DNA of 64,000 bases, from positions 12,338,001 through 12,402,000 of the forward strand of contig OX597815.1 in NCBI GenBank assembly GCA_951406725.2, given 5' to 3'. The notes beneath the pieces are model-generated. The model was not told the origin of the DNA and searched no databases. It was given only the letters and a program-made list of their open reading frames with translations. A program made the translations under genes and the position numbers. Shown here piece by piece: positions 39,614 through 52,393 of this stretch (the stretch's first letter is position 1; every line of letters begins with the position of its first letter). Source of the DNA: Octopus vulgaris. Lineage: Eukaryota.

Positions 39614-42116
39614 TATAACATTAGAAACCGTAATAATTCTAATTAAAATCACAAAGCATCAAATTATTATTCACTCATAAGAAGCTTCTTTAGTTCAAAT
39701 TTCTATTCTGAGATATTCCCAAAGAATCCAATCAAAGATCTGCCTATAATATTGGATCCTGTGTACTTCATCCTTTCCTTAAAATTCTGATCCAGTCCTT
39801 TCTTTTTTATACGCTGATGAATTCAATTCTCCTCTGTCTGTGTAAAGACTAAATATTTTCTTCGACTCATTCGAAGACGACACAATGAAAATTCTCGTTC
39901 GGGTTGCAGTCAAGTCCATTAAACTTGGAGAACATGTCATGAATTAATTAAAAGTAATTTTCAGTCTCATGATCGGCAAGAATACGCTTAACAGATAGAA
40001 CACGGACGATTTCCGACTGTTCATCGCGAAATCTATAAATTGAAGGTAATGCCTTTAAAGATCTGAGGGTATTAGGAATTATTGATTTTTGTTTTTGTGC
40101 GCTCACTCAAATGAGTGTCCTATATAAATGACACATGCATTGTTTTTCGCAGTCCTTGGCCAAACTACTTCATCAAAACAATCATTTTACTTACAATAGT
40201 GGTAGGATGTTTTTTTTCTGTCAACCAGAAATTTGGTAATAAATTATTTTTCCCCACTTACCCATCTTCCATAAAGCTAAACCTCTCTTCCTGTAACCAG
40301 TGGTCATGTTTATATTTATTGCCCCAAAAGGTCACAGTATGGAGTTCAGCAATTTAATTTGAACTCATACTTCTATGCATTTGATACTTAATCTTTACTG
40401 AGATCTAAAAATTATGTGGTACATTTCCTATATACTGATAGATTCATCAATTGAAATCAAGCCATTTGAATCAGTTTGTAAACAAACTCTTTCAACTCTA
40501 TTTGTGATAATCAATGAAAAGCTTGTAGCTCTAAAAACAGCATGTAGCTCTTATTGTTGGCGAATACAGAGCAATAAGCTGCTCGTATAGAAAGATGTAA
40601 TGTTTATTTGACTCGTCATAAAAAGACATCACTTAGATTCTACAATGAAGCAATTTTTTTTAAAAGTTCAAACTTGATGCGAGCAATTACGAAACTAACT
40701 TTGAGATATATCTATTCGTTCATGATTTATTCTAGACTTACAAAGCAACCACATGTGTCCATATTGTTATAGATAGATGTTTATAAAAAAGTATTACATG
40801 CAGTTAAATACATATACATATAAGCTTATAAATTCATATGTAGATGCATACTTGAATATATATGGTTGTATGTGTGGCGATGTGTGTGTATATACGCCTT
40901 TAAATCATAAATCTATGATTCAAATTCCTGTATATAAAAAAACACTTGGGCCCTTCAAGTAGTAGACATACAAACAGGGCAAATTATTTATCCGCAGATC
41001 AAAAAAATTATGAAAATTTATTTGACCCTCAGCAGTTGTGTGAACATTATTTGACCTATCCCAGTGAAATATGTAGCCAATATGTTATATATATACAACA
41101 AATACAGTTGCTACAGACAACAGGGGTTAATAATTTGCATAAAACAATTGTTTACTTTCAATATACTAATCGATTATCTCCATTTTCACCACAAAAGCAT
41201 AAGGATTATCGTTTCTCTATTTATCCCTTCTGAAACACTAGTGCTCCATTCTCCAAGTTCCTACGCGACACATCAGTACAAAGCAATATACAGAGGTCAT
41301 GGTGTATTTTGAACTTCACCTCTACTATATACATATTGCCGTATACACTGACAGATATACATCAATATATATGGCAGTATTACTGTATTTTCAAAGCTCT
41401 AGCAAGTTCAACAAAAGTAAGGGTACATTTGGAATTAGAACAAGAATAGGAAAAGGATGTACCATTGTAATTAGTTCAAGAATTATACCCAATAGAAGCT
41501 TTATTTTCAAGAAAACTGAATTTTGTGTTTAACAACTGCTAAATCATTTCGCGGAATTTGCACATCTTTGCAGAATTTCCACGACGAAAAAGGGTTACCA
41601 TTTCTGTGGCATTTCATTGTTACTTGAACAAAATGTAATTAGAGCAAGCAATCAACTAACTCAAACATAATGGACCAAGCTATGTCGTTACGGCTTGCTG
41701 ATATAGCATTCCCTCTATGCTATATGCTATACGATCCATATATATTGTGTTACTTGCTTCCTTTAATATCATTCCAAAGTCGACGGATATCGTAGTAGGA
41801 TATCTCTGTACATTTAGTTCAAATCTATTTAGTATCGCATTACTGATTATAACCTTTCGCATTCACATGTTTTCGAATGTTGTACTTTAAGAATTTACAA
41901 AATATATTTCGATATATTTGATATTATGCGTGGGAATTATCTGAAATAAATTTATAAATATATCATCCTGACATAAAATTTGAAATATTTGTTTATTGAT
42001 TTTTGCTATTAAATCTTATATTGCTTATTAAGTAGCGCAATCTTACAGCCGTTGACTCAGCTCGTAAAAATGTCATTACTTCAAATTGGTTACATTATGT
42101 GTATGTGTGTGTGTGT

Positions 42117-42156
<40 letters not shown>

Positions 42157-42576
42157 TTACTTGTCTGTGTGTGTTTCTCTGAGTGCATCTATACATAAAC
42201 AACATCTACATGGACGTATATATGCAAATACGAACACGAATGTTAGCTTTTTGGTTTTTTTTATTTAGGAATATATGTTTAGAATTCATGTTTTACGAAG
42301 CACTGAAATAAATGTTAGCTTTATCCAATGTGAAATACTAAGTTTAACCATTATTGATTAAGAGATACGTATGATTACTGTGAATTATATTCTTAGCTGT
42401 GGACTTCAAACGAAAAACTCCTCATTTGATGTACTGAGAACTCTTTTTCTTTATACTGCCTAAAATTCCATTCAATTCTATTGCCAATGCGCCTTCATCC
42501 TTATGCAAACACATTAGTGAAAAATATATGTCCTTCTAGGCTTCTAGAGAGAATTCCCAGTAAACTTTTTATTTAT

Positions 42577-42724
42577 AATGTAAAGTATAGAAGCCATCTT
42601 ATCATGGCTAACCACATTGGGGAGGGGGTGTCACTGTAGCTTTATAGCCCCAAGAGATCTTCGTCTCAAGCTGGCTTTAGACACAATATCTGTGTCCTTG
42701 GAGTATTTGCAAAGGGAGGCCATT
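42577..42724 (+). repeat. Solo arm of fold-back family F
   Basis: AGCCATCTT..ATGGCTAACCAC..CTGTAGCTT..AGCCCC..GCTGGCTTTAGACACAAT..GCAAAGGGAGG matches 12934-13082. Confidence 0.85.
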
Positions 42725-43810
42725 TTATTTATAACATTTTTAAAACATCCTCTTTTTAAATAACTTTATTCTGTTGGTTAAGCATTGAAGAAGCATGCCT
42801 AGCTCTCCATTGCTGGAGAAATTCCTTCCTTGAATTTAAAATTAACATTGTATCACATCCAGTGGTTATAAACTTATATTATCCATCGCATCAAATCCCA
42901 AGATTATTTTACTCTCTGTCTCTGGGAATTTACTCATCCTCTGAATCACTCCAATCCACTTCCGTATCTAAGATTTTGTTATACGCAAACTTTTTGCCAA
43001 GAACGCTAAACGATACGTCTGCATACATCCTTACATGGAGCGCTTGTTACACAAATTTGATACTTTATATTCATATAAAATAATACGAATAAGTGGATAT
43101 CAGAAAATTCCTAGATAGGAACACTAAACATTTTTTTTCTGCCTTGATCTATGATAAAGATGTATACTTCTGCTTCATTTTACCTCTTCTATATCTAAGA
43201 TGAGAAAATGGAAAAAAAAAAGATGGAATTATTTCCCAGTTTCCATCATATCTTTCATAGCAATGTAGAAACCAATATAAGACTACTGCTTTTTCATAGA
43301 ACAGACACTGGCATGCGGTTGGGAAGATTATTTCCCAACCGTATTATTTTTAGTACTTAAAATAATGTGTAGTATAATTGTCAACAAACGTTCACACTAT
43401 TAGTGAATGGTGGCAAACTTTTCAGTGAATAATGAGCAGATAGTATATATATATATAGGATGGGGTTTCTATTCATTTATTCTATTTATTCATTTATTTA
43501 TTTTCTCACTGATTCTTCTCATTTCAAAAAACACTCTGGCCTTCTGACCACTCCCCTAAGAACAATAGCTTGCGTCCTGTTTATCTCCTAAATACCAACC
43601 TACCCCCAAAACGTCCCCCACCACCGCTCCATTAAATCTGCCTAAATGCATAAATACCAGAACTTATTTTGACAGCTAGCTTCCTGAAGGTTTCATCTGA
43701 ATGAAACAGTTCTAGTCCTGTAGAAGCTCCTTCTATAAAATAAATGACTTTACTCTGCTATGTATTGAGTACCTTATTTACTGTGGTTAACCCCGACTAC
43801 ACCCGGGACC

Positions 43811-43851
<41 letters not shown>

Positions 43852-43915
43852 CGTGTCAGAAAGATGGTACATGTTGTTGTAGAAAATATAATCTCCTCTT
43901 CCGATTGAACCTCAC

Positions 43916-44095
43916 CTCATGTCTCAATAGTAATTTTGGCCGTACCATTTCAGTAGTAGAGTTTGCAAAACGCACCATTCCTTGGATCACCCACGAGCTG
44001 CCGTCGCTTGCCTTCGAAAGAATAGTAAATGTTATAGGCACAGCCTTTATGCTATTATGAAAGTATCCCCAAAATGGAAACCAATCAGTGTTCAC
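43916..44095 (-). CDS. Candidate internal coding exon of an unidentified host gene (60 aa, phase 0/0)
   Basis: Acceptor TTGTTGTTATTCTTTATCACAAG, donor GAG|GTGAGG, exactly 180 nt and open: VNTDWFPFWGYFHNSIKAVPITFTILSKASDGSSWVIQGMVRFANSTTEMVRPKLLLRHE. Confidence 0.55.
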
Positions 44096-45021
44096 CTTGT
44101 GATAAAGAATAACAACAAATTAAATAAGTAAACGCAGCAAATAAACTGACATGTTTGCTCAAGAAATCAATATCTAATTTGTTGGACACGAAGCACATGA
44201 AACACATGGAACTCACTAAAAAGGATGAGAATAGAGGAGAACAATTCTATGCGAAGATGATTAAAATACAATGTAAAACTGAAAGTGTTAACATGCTATA
44301 GTAAATTAACGTAGATGTTATTGACAGACTTGAACATTCAACATGTTTACACCCACTTAGACACATACTACCTACTTGTCAGCATAAATTTGTATTTGTG
44401 TAATTATGTATGCATACGCGCGAGTTTGCGTGTGTGCGCTCGTGCATACGAATGTGTTCCTGGACATTTAGACCCATATGTTGCAGAGGAGCAACTGAAG
44501 TAACTAAGCTGGTTCGGGGTTGGGGATTCAGATATGAGCCATAAAAACGGAAAGACAAAAACAGGAAGAAACGATATCATCTCATAGCGATAAAACATTA
44601 GTGAGTATATTGTCGAAGATACGGGAAGAATGATTGTGGGGTAATTCTATTCGAAATTTTTTACTACATATAAAAGGAATAAATTATAAGTACTAATGGA
44701 CATTACACACGAAAGCTTGTGGTGTTCGGAAAAAGAAGTAAACCTAAAAACAAAGCCAATACAGATATTACCACACGAATATCTCCAACGGTTATGATAA
44801 TTATATGTTTCCAGCGCAATATTATTGTAGCTGGTCGTTAGTGTTGAGACTCTAATGAAGAAAATATGTTGTTGTGGACGATGAGGTAAAAAAAATAGTA
44901 ATGATGTTGATGGAGGTCGTCGTGGAGGTCGTGGTAAAGAATTTCATGTGTATGATAAATGGTGTTACTGCCGTTGATGATAATGGCTAAGAAGGTACAG
45001 GTAATGATGGAGAGAAATATA

Positions 45022-45256
45022 TATTTCTTTACTACCCACAAGGGGCTAAACATAGAGTGGACAAACAAGGACCGACACACCGATTAAGTCGATTATATCG
45101 ACCCCCCAGTACGGAACTGGTACTTATTTAATCGACCCCGAAAGGATGAAAGGCAAAGTCGACCACGGCGGAATTTGAACTCAGAACGTAACGGCAGACG
45201 AAATACGGCTACGCATTTCGCCCGGCGTGCTAACGATTCTGCCAGCTGGCCGCCTT
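45022..45256 (-). mobile_element. SINE family A (full length)
   Basis: 14-bp TSD TGGAGAGAAATATA (45008-45021 / 45257-45270). Confidence 0.92.
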
Positions 45257-45602
45257 TGGAGAGAAATATAATAATGATGTTCATCTTGATAATGGTAAAC
45301 TATGGGTGTGATTGCGTTGGTGAAGTTCACGGACAAGAGGTTACTGAGGAAGATTTCGCATCGTAGTCTGTTAATCACGGAGGTAAAAATAAAAGTTAAA
45401 ATAAAAACAGTCGGTGATAATATGTATTTGAACTTCGACTTATATTGTCGCCAATAATATTCCACAGACTTTCTACTCGTCCGCTGCTCTGAAAACATTT
45501 ATGCTATTTTGCAAGATGTATTTTTCGAAAACAAGGAGTATTAATGTTGCTGTCACTACTATTGCTGCTGCTGCTTTTCTTTGTTTGTTTGTTTGTTTGT
45601 TT

Positions 45603-45816
45603 GTTGAGCGAAGCGGTCTTCGTCCTGTTTTTTAGTGGGAGAAGTCCGAAACGTGGGGCGAAAGAGTACAACAGGGGGTTGCCACCACCCCCTGCCGGAA
45701 ACTCGTGGAGCTTTAGGTGTTTTCGCTCAATAAACTCACACAGCGCGCTTCTGGGAATCGAAACCACGATACTCCGACCGCGAGTCCGCTGCCCTAACCA
45801 TTGGTCCATTGCGCCT

Positions 45817-45818
<2 letters not shown>
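45603..45818 (-). mobile_element. SINE family C head with a distinct short tail (type 3), next to (CTA)n 45820-45893
   Basis: Head matches 19517-19675, then diverges. Confidence 0.8.
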
Positions 45819-45894
<76 letters not shown>

Positions 45895-47500
45895 TTGAGC
45901 GACTCGAACAGCTCTCGTTATTACGAGTCTAAAACTCCCAATTTAGTTAGACAAGGTCAATTATGGTTCTTCTTGTGGTGGACAAGGTCGAGGACAAATT
46001 TTATAACGAGAGTGTGGATAGGATACCTTTCTAAACGTAACTAATTTCTTTTCTAGCTTCCCGTCTCTTCTATTTCTAACGCTATCCACTTCTTATTTCA
46101 TATTTGTTACTCATGTGACATGTTTTATTTACTAGTATTTGCAGCTATTAGCGTTATTGGTTTGTCAGTTTTATTTTTGTTCCTTGTTGTTCTGCTGCAC
46201 ATTCATTTACCTGAGAGGGTCTACAAATATTTCTTTCTTAAAATAGCGAATGTAATATTTTTATTGCTGTTGGTTATATTCAATCAACTTTCATGGTGAA
46301 GTGGTAGTGTTGCTGCTATTTTGTGGCATTATTCTAACCGTCTTTTCTAAATACAGTATTGTCATAGCAGTGTAACACATCACCTCCTTTCTAATTTACA
46401 CAATGGTGTTGCTGATGATCCCAGAGCAAAGTTATTAGTACTATGTATGAAGTAGCTGTAGATCGATTACAGCTGGTACAGCAACTCCTTGCAAAGTGTC
46501 TGTTCAAGTTCATCATCTTTACTTAGCGAATAATAGTTTGAGTGATAGCGATAGCTTCGGGGTTATAGAGAGCATAGCATCCACGGTGGCTCACCACCAA
46601 TCCTACTTTGGAAATTGTCAAACTTGTTGACATTCTAATTAAATGTTTGTACGATGCCTATAAATGACAGACAATAAAATTGGATTCTCATCTATGCAGA
46701 GGAGGTAAAATGTTTGTAAAACCTAGTCTACCCTAGAGTAATTTGATATTAACAAAACGAAGTTTAAAACATGCTTGAAATCTCAACGACATATAATACA
46801 AATTTACAGGTTATCGGTGTATAGAAAATATGTAACAACAGCAATTATAATTGCTTCTAACACTTAGTTATATTAAACCCAAGTAGATACAGTGGCTCAT
46901 TTTCACTGCAGAAAAATTTAAAACGGCTGGCAGTGAAATTTGAAATCAGGAAGTAGAAATATGAAGGAAATATTGCAAGGAATTTTCACCAACTCTCAAA
47001 CAATACAAATATTTAGGAATAAAGAGATTCGTATCCTATGAAAAAAAAACCCAAAAGAAACTTTCTTCCTGTACATGTAATCCCAACATGTATTTGATAA
47101 TATAGTATTCTTCAAGCATAAGCTTTTCTAATTGAAATTCATCTTCAATTCCTATATATCCGCAGTGAAAAGCTGTTGCTAGTGAAGTATGAATGTATAC
47201 TGAAGAGAGTGAGAAACAAACAGAAAAAGAGAGATTGACGGATGCCTAGATTGATTAGAGAGTGCAAGTTTAATAAAACGCACCATTACATTGTGGCCTA
47301 CATATACCCATTTTCGCCTCCCACAATTCCCTAATCATATATATATATATTGTTTTTAATATTTTAATTAAATGTATTTTATATTTTATTATATTTTGTA
47401 TTTAAACAAGAATATATTTGCTAAAATATTTTGTATTTTACAAGATTATTTACGTATATTTATTAATTTATCTAATTAATTAGTGTCTTGTTTTTATCTT

Positions 47501-47595
47501 TAACCTGAAGAGTGGCTATATGTATATTGAAGTGATTTTACTATTATTATTACGATTATCCTTCCTTAAATATATCCACGAAACACGTGTCGTTA
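47501..47595 (+). ncRNA. Type I hammerhead ribozyme motif with canonical core
   Basis: TAAC-CTGAAGA-GTGG(CTATAT..ATATAT)CCAC-GAAAC-ACGT-GTC-GTTA; predicted cleavage after GUC at 47591. Confidence 0.8.
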
Positions 47596-47625
47596 TTCTA
47601 CCAAATTTATACGTTTTATTTACTA

Positions 47626-48007
47626 CTAGCAGTATCGCCCGGCGTTGCTCAGGTTTGTAAGGGAAATAACTATAAAGCATTTTTAGAGTTATAGCCAAAA
47701 AATAGCAAAAAAATGGGGAAAAAATGATGGTAAATTTTTTTGAGAGTTAAAAAAGGTGGAGTTGCGTCCCCTAGACGATCTGTGGTTTGGGTTTCTGATT
47801 CTCGACCCCATGTCGAATTTATCGATTTTTTTCAGAACTGGGGGAACTTTTCAAAATTTTCGCTGCGTTAGTTTTGAATTATGACATTGGGCTATGTGTG
47901 TGTCAAGTTTCATCAGAATCGGTTGAAAGCCGTGGTCAGGGTGAGGGTACGAGAAAACAGACACACAGAAACACGCACAGACAAACTGCCGTTTATATAG
48001 AGAGAGA
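47626..48007 (-). mobile_element. Non-autonomous Helitron
   Basis: Same CTAG/hairpin 3' end as the 29609 copy; 5' TCTCTCTCTATATAAAC; A|T site. Confidence 0.8.
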
Positions 48008-49052
48008 TTTTGCACCTTACTTAATCATTGTTATATGTTTTATCTTATATTTAATCTTTCTATAATAGGTAATTTCCTAAATGGTATAATTTGATTTTTC
48101 ATTATTGAATTGATAAAAGGTTTTTTCCTTGAAATTTTTATATATATTCATGCATATATATTTGTGTGTGTGTGTGTGCGCGCGCGTGTATATGCATGTA
48201 TGAAATGATACATATAATTGAACCTTCTATAAATCTAGTAAAATTTCTTAAGCTCCTTTATGTAACTGCTACTGAGATTGATTTACACGGTATCCTCGTT
48301 TTAGATATAAAGTAGAGGCGTTTTGTTCAGGGAGGTGAAATGAACTGACCTAAACTGAGAATTAATAATGCATTATTTATTATGTTTTTCAATTACTTCT
48401 ATATCTATAAAATTCTCTGTATTCTCTGTAATAAATTTCTAAAAGAGGCGCCTTTTAATGATAGCAAAACACATAATAAAATTTATTAAATAAATAATTA
48501 CATAAGAACTATCTTCAATTACGTTTTAATACATCTATCTATAGCAGAAATGGTGAAAGTAGTAATAAATAACTTCCATTCACCTCAATGTAATAGCGAC
48601 AAACAAAATACATCTATGAATATTTAACTATTCAACTTTTAAACGGTTTCCCCTAAACAAGATTTAAGCTGACAAAATCGCTAAATAGCATTCATATACT
48701 TTTAAACAGAAATGCAGCAACATCTAATTGAATTCTTTCACAAAAATATATATCGGCAGCATTTTATATAATTATTTCTAGAAACGTCTCGGGAGTTTGG
48801 AATATACAGCATTTGATCATTATAAATAGTGAATCAATTAAAAAAAAAACATTATTTAATCATGGCTTCCTACTGGAGAGTTTTCTCCTCTTAATAACTA
48901 ATTCACATCTGTAATGAATATACATAGGTACCAACTTAGTTATATATTGCTAGCTGCTGCAACTTCAGGAAACGTTTACCTATGCTTCACATTATGATTT
49001 TTCAAAGGAAAGAAGGAGAAACGGAATCTGGAAACCTATAATTAAGTATATT

Positions 49053-49287
49053 AGGGCGGCGAGCTGGCAGAAACGTTAACGAGCCGGGCGAAATGCTTCG
49101 CGGTGTTTCGTCTCTCGTAACGTTCTGAGTTCAAATTCCGCCGAGGTTGACTTTGCCTTTCATCCATTCGGGGTCGATAAATAAAGGACCAGTTTCGCAC
49201 TGGAGTTGATGTAATCGACTTAATCCGTTTGTCTGTCCTTGTTTGTCCCTTCTATGTTTAGCCCCTTGTGGGTAGTAAAGAAATATT
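49053..49287 (+). mobile_element. SINE family A (full length)
   Basis: 14-bp TSD TAATTAAGTATATT (49039-49052 / 49288-49301). Confidence 0.92.
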
Positions 49288-49919
49288 TAATTAAGTATAT
49301 TCATAAATATATTCGTTTATGTTTAGTCCTGGAATTTTTGAATGGAATTGGTGACTTAATTGTGGTACTAAAAGCCACCGATGAATTTAGGCATCTGACA
49401 CACTTTTCGACCATACAAATCGGATCACTACTATTTGTTCTTCTTTCGTGAACATTGCTAGTGGAGCCAGCAAGAAAAATGGTACGATCAGTCTTAAACT
49501 TCGATCACGTGACCACATGACTAACAACTATACGCAGGCAAGAGCAGAAGGCAGTGTGAAAAAATATATTGTCATGATGAAAATGTGGATAACATTTGAC
49601 TTCCTCTCGTATAAATGGCATCCTTTTTGTCTCGAGAGACAATGGAGTTGCGCATAAAATAATCTAGTCCGGCTTTTACATTTCATGTCCTAATACATCT
49701 CCTGCTTTGGATGTGTAGTCCTATCCTGTAGCAGAGACTTTGCCTGGCTAGTTGTTATGTCATAGTTTCTTGTTGACGCCTCTTCTTGTCTTTCCCTTTC
49801 TCCTCTCTCCCTCTGTCACTCCTTTGTGATCCCTCTTTTACGGTACGTCGCCCATCTCGGTTGCTGGCAACTGTTCCCTCTTTACGGTACGTCGCCAATC
49901 ACAGTTGCTGGGAACTGTT

Positions 49920-50022
49920 TCCCACTCACAGAAGAAGCCTTACAAAGGCTCATCAACTGTTTTGAGCAAGCATGTAGCAACTTTGGCTTAGTTATGAACC
50001 TCAAGAAGACCAACATCACGGA
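49920..50022 (+). pseudogene. RTE-type reverse-transcriptase fragment
   Basis: TEEALQRLINCFEQACSNFGLVMNLKKTNI (post-DD motif of RTE RTs). Confidence 0.7.
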
Positions 50023-50025
50023 TTA

Positions 50026-50063
<38 letters not shown>

Positions 50064-50068
<5 letters not shown>

Positions 50069-50182
50069 CGTGACCGTGACCGACCAGGCTATCATATGTT
50101 GCTACACATCGCTGGTCACAATGCACTTTGCATTGATTTAGCCTTCAAATGCCGTCACCCCGCTGGCTAAGCGAGCAGGCCA
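50064..50182 (-). mobile_element. SINE family C tail-2 fragment between (TA)n tracts
   Basis: ATCACCGTGACCGACC..CGCTGGCTAAGCGAGCAGGCCAA matches 55618-55730. Confidence 0.8.
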
Positions 50183-50186
50183 ATAC

Positions 50187-50232
<46 letters not shown>

Positions 50233-50650
50233 GTGTGTGTGTGTGTGAATGTGTGCGTACTGGAATTTGAGACAGTAGTGATATCGACATTTGTATATAG
50301 CGCTCTATACACACATTCAGTACAAGGATTGTAATGCTGTCCATCGAAATATTGGAAACTAGAACTTATTCTCCAGGCCCCACAGACAATAGCTCTAGCG
50401 ATCTTGTCTTCGCTACTTTCACTCATCTACATCCATCACAAAGTTATGAGCCGATATGATTTATGAATACACGCTCCACCTCATTGCACTGAGACAGATT
50501 GTCGTTATTTATAAGTACTAACATGATTACCGTCAACAATATGATTATTAATATTACTAATTATCATTTCTTACTTCTGCATCGATCAGGAAGTATCTCT
50601 CAACTAGACAGGTGTTATATATACATACGTGCACACGTTGTTTATATACA

Positions 50651-50703
<53 letters not shown>

Positions 50704-50780
50704 ATATAATTTTGTATGTGTATATATATATATATGTATATATAATTATGTATGTATATATATATGTATATATAATTATG

Positions 50781-50813
<33 letters not shown>

Positions 50814-51204
50814 ATACATATGTGTACGCGTGTGTGTTTCAATGCCCACTCACGCACAAACACACATGAATGTATGTTAATATTCAGATATGCATGTACA
50901 TATGTTGTATGTACAAAGAAGTATGTATATATATATATATCAATTATCTTTGTATTGATATTTTTATTACTACATATTTGTTATATGTGACGGATATATG
51001 TATATTAGTGAGATAAAGATCGTATAGTATTTTCCTCAATTTTTAGGTTTATTTATTTAGTCTCGTATTTGCATTTCGATCGATGACACATGTCAAGTAT
51101 TGAGGAAATTACAGATCGATGCGATGATAATTAATAATGTACTGACGACGTGGTTGATGGTGTTCATGTACACACACATTTATATACATATACAGGTATA
51201 TAAA

Positions 51205-51306
<102 letters not shown>

Positions 51307-51563
51307 ATTTATCTGTAATGGTTTACTTCTTTCAGCAATTGAGATATGACCGTATTTGTGCACCGCGCTACATTTAGTGAGCCGCACCAATCGCCCCCAA
51401 ACCTTACATTTTAAATCCTGACACTTATTTTCCCATCTTCTGTAACCGAACCATGTCAAATCGATGTAAATAAACGTTGATTGTCAAACTGGGGTGGGGG
51501 CAACCTCATACATTTACATAGATATAAACAAATATAGTAGTATAAACGCATATAATGTATATG

Positions 51564-51626
<63 letters not shown>

Positions 51627-51651
51627 CATACAACACACACACACACATATA

Positions 51652-51695
<44 letters not shown>

Positions 51696-51722
51696 CGAGG
51701 TATAAACAGTAGCTGCACGACA

Positions 51723-52145
51723 ACGTGATGTATATTTGCAACTTAAATGTGGCTAACCACTAAGCGTGGATGCTAATGTAGCTTGTAGCCCCAGGAGAAC
51801 ATCAGTATTTGCAAAGGGAAGCCATCCTTCCCATCGTCGTTTACACGTTTTCGATATTAGTCACTTTTCGTCACTGGAAAAAGGATGTATTTGTTTGCAT
51901 TGGCCCCTTTCGCATCGAAGACCGATGATTGCCGTGCGCCAACGACGGTTAAATAACCACTAACCCGGGTCCGTGTGTATCACGTCAGGTCGACGATGGG
52001 AAGGATGGCTTCCCTTTGCAAATACTGATAGGGCACGGAAAGTACATCAATAGCCAGCTGGAGATGGATGTTCTTCCGGGGATACAAGCTACAGTAGCAT
52101 CCACAATTAGTGGTTAGCCACATTTAAATGGCAAATATACTTCTC

Positions 52146-52147
<2 letters not shown>
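51723..52147. mobile_element. Fold-back family F element: long inverted arms around a ~150-bp spacer
   Basis: Arms 51723-51839 / 51991-52147; 39-bp perfect inner inverted match; the left arm has a ~40-bp deletion. Confidence 0.85.
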
Positions 52148-52199
<52 letters not shown>

Positions 52200-52200
52200 T

Positions 52201-52393
52201 ATTGATTTCTCTATTATAGTATAGATGTATATATATTTTGCAGTACAACTAACCACGTGGGGATAATAGAAATTCCCCTCCCTTTTTTTACTATATATAT
52301 ATAGTAAAAAAAGGGAGGGGAATTTCGATTATCCCACGTAGTTAGTTGTACTGCAAAATATATATACATCTATACTATAATAGAAAAAGCAAT
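52201..52393. repeat. ~193-bp loopless palindrome centred on (TA)6
   Basis: ..TTCCCCTCCCTTTTTTTAC-TATATATATATA-GTAAAAAAAGGGAGGGGAA..; arms pair with few mismatches. Confidence 0.92.
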
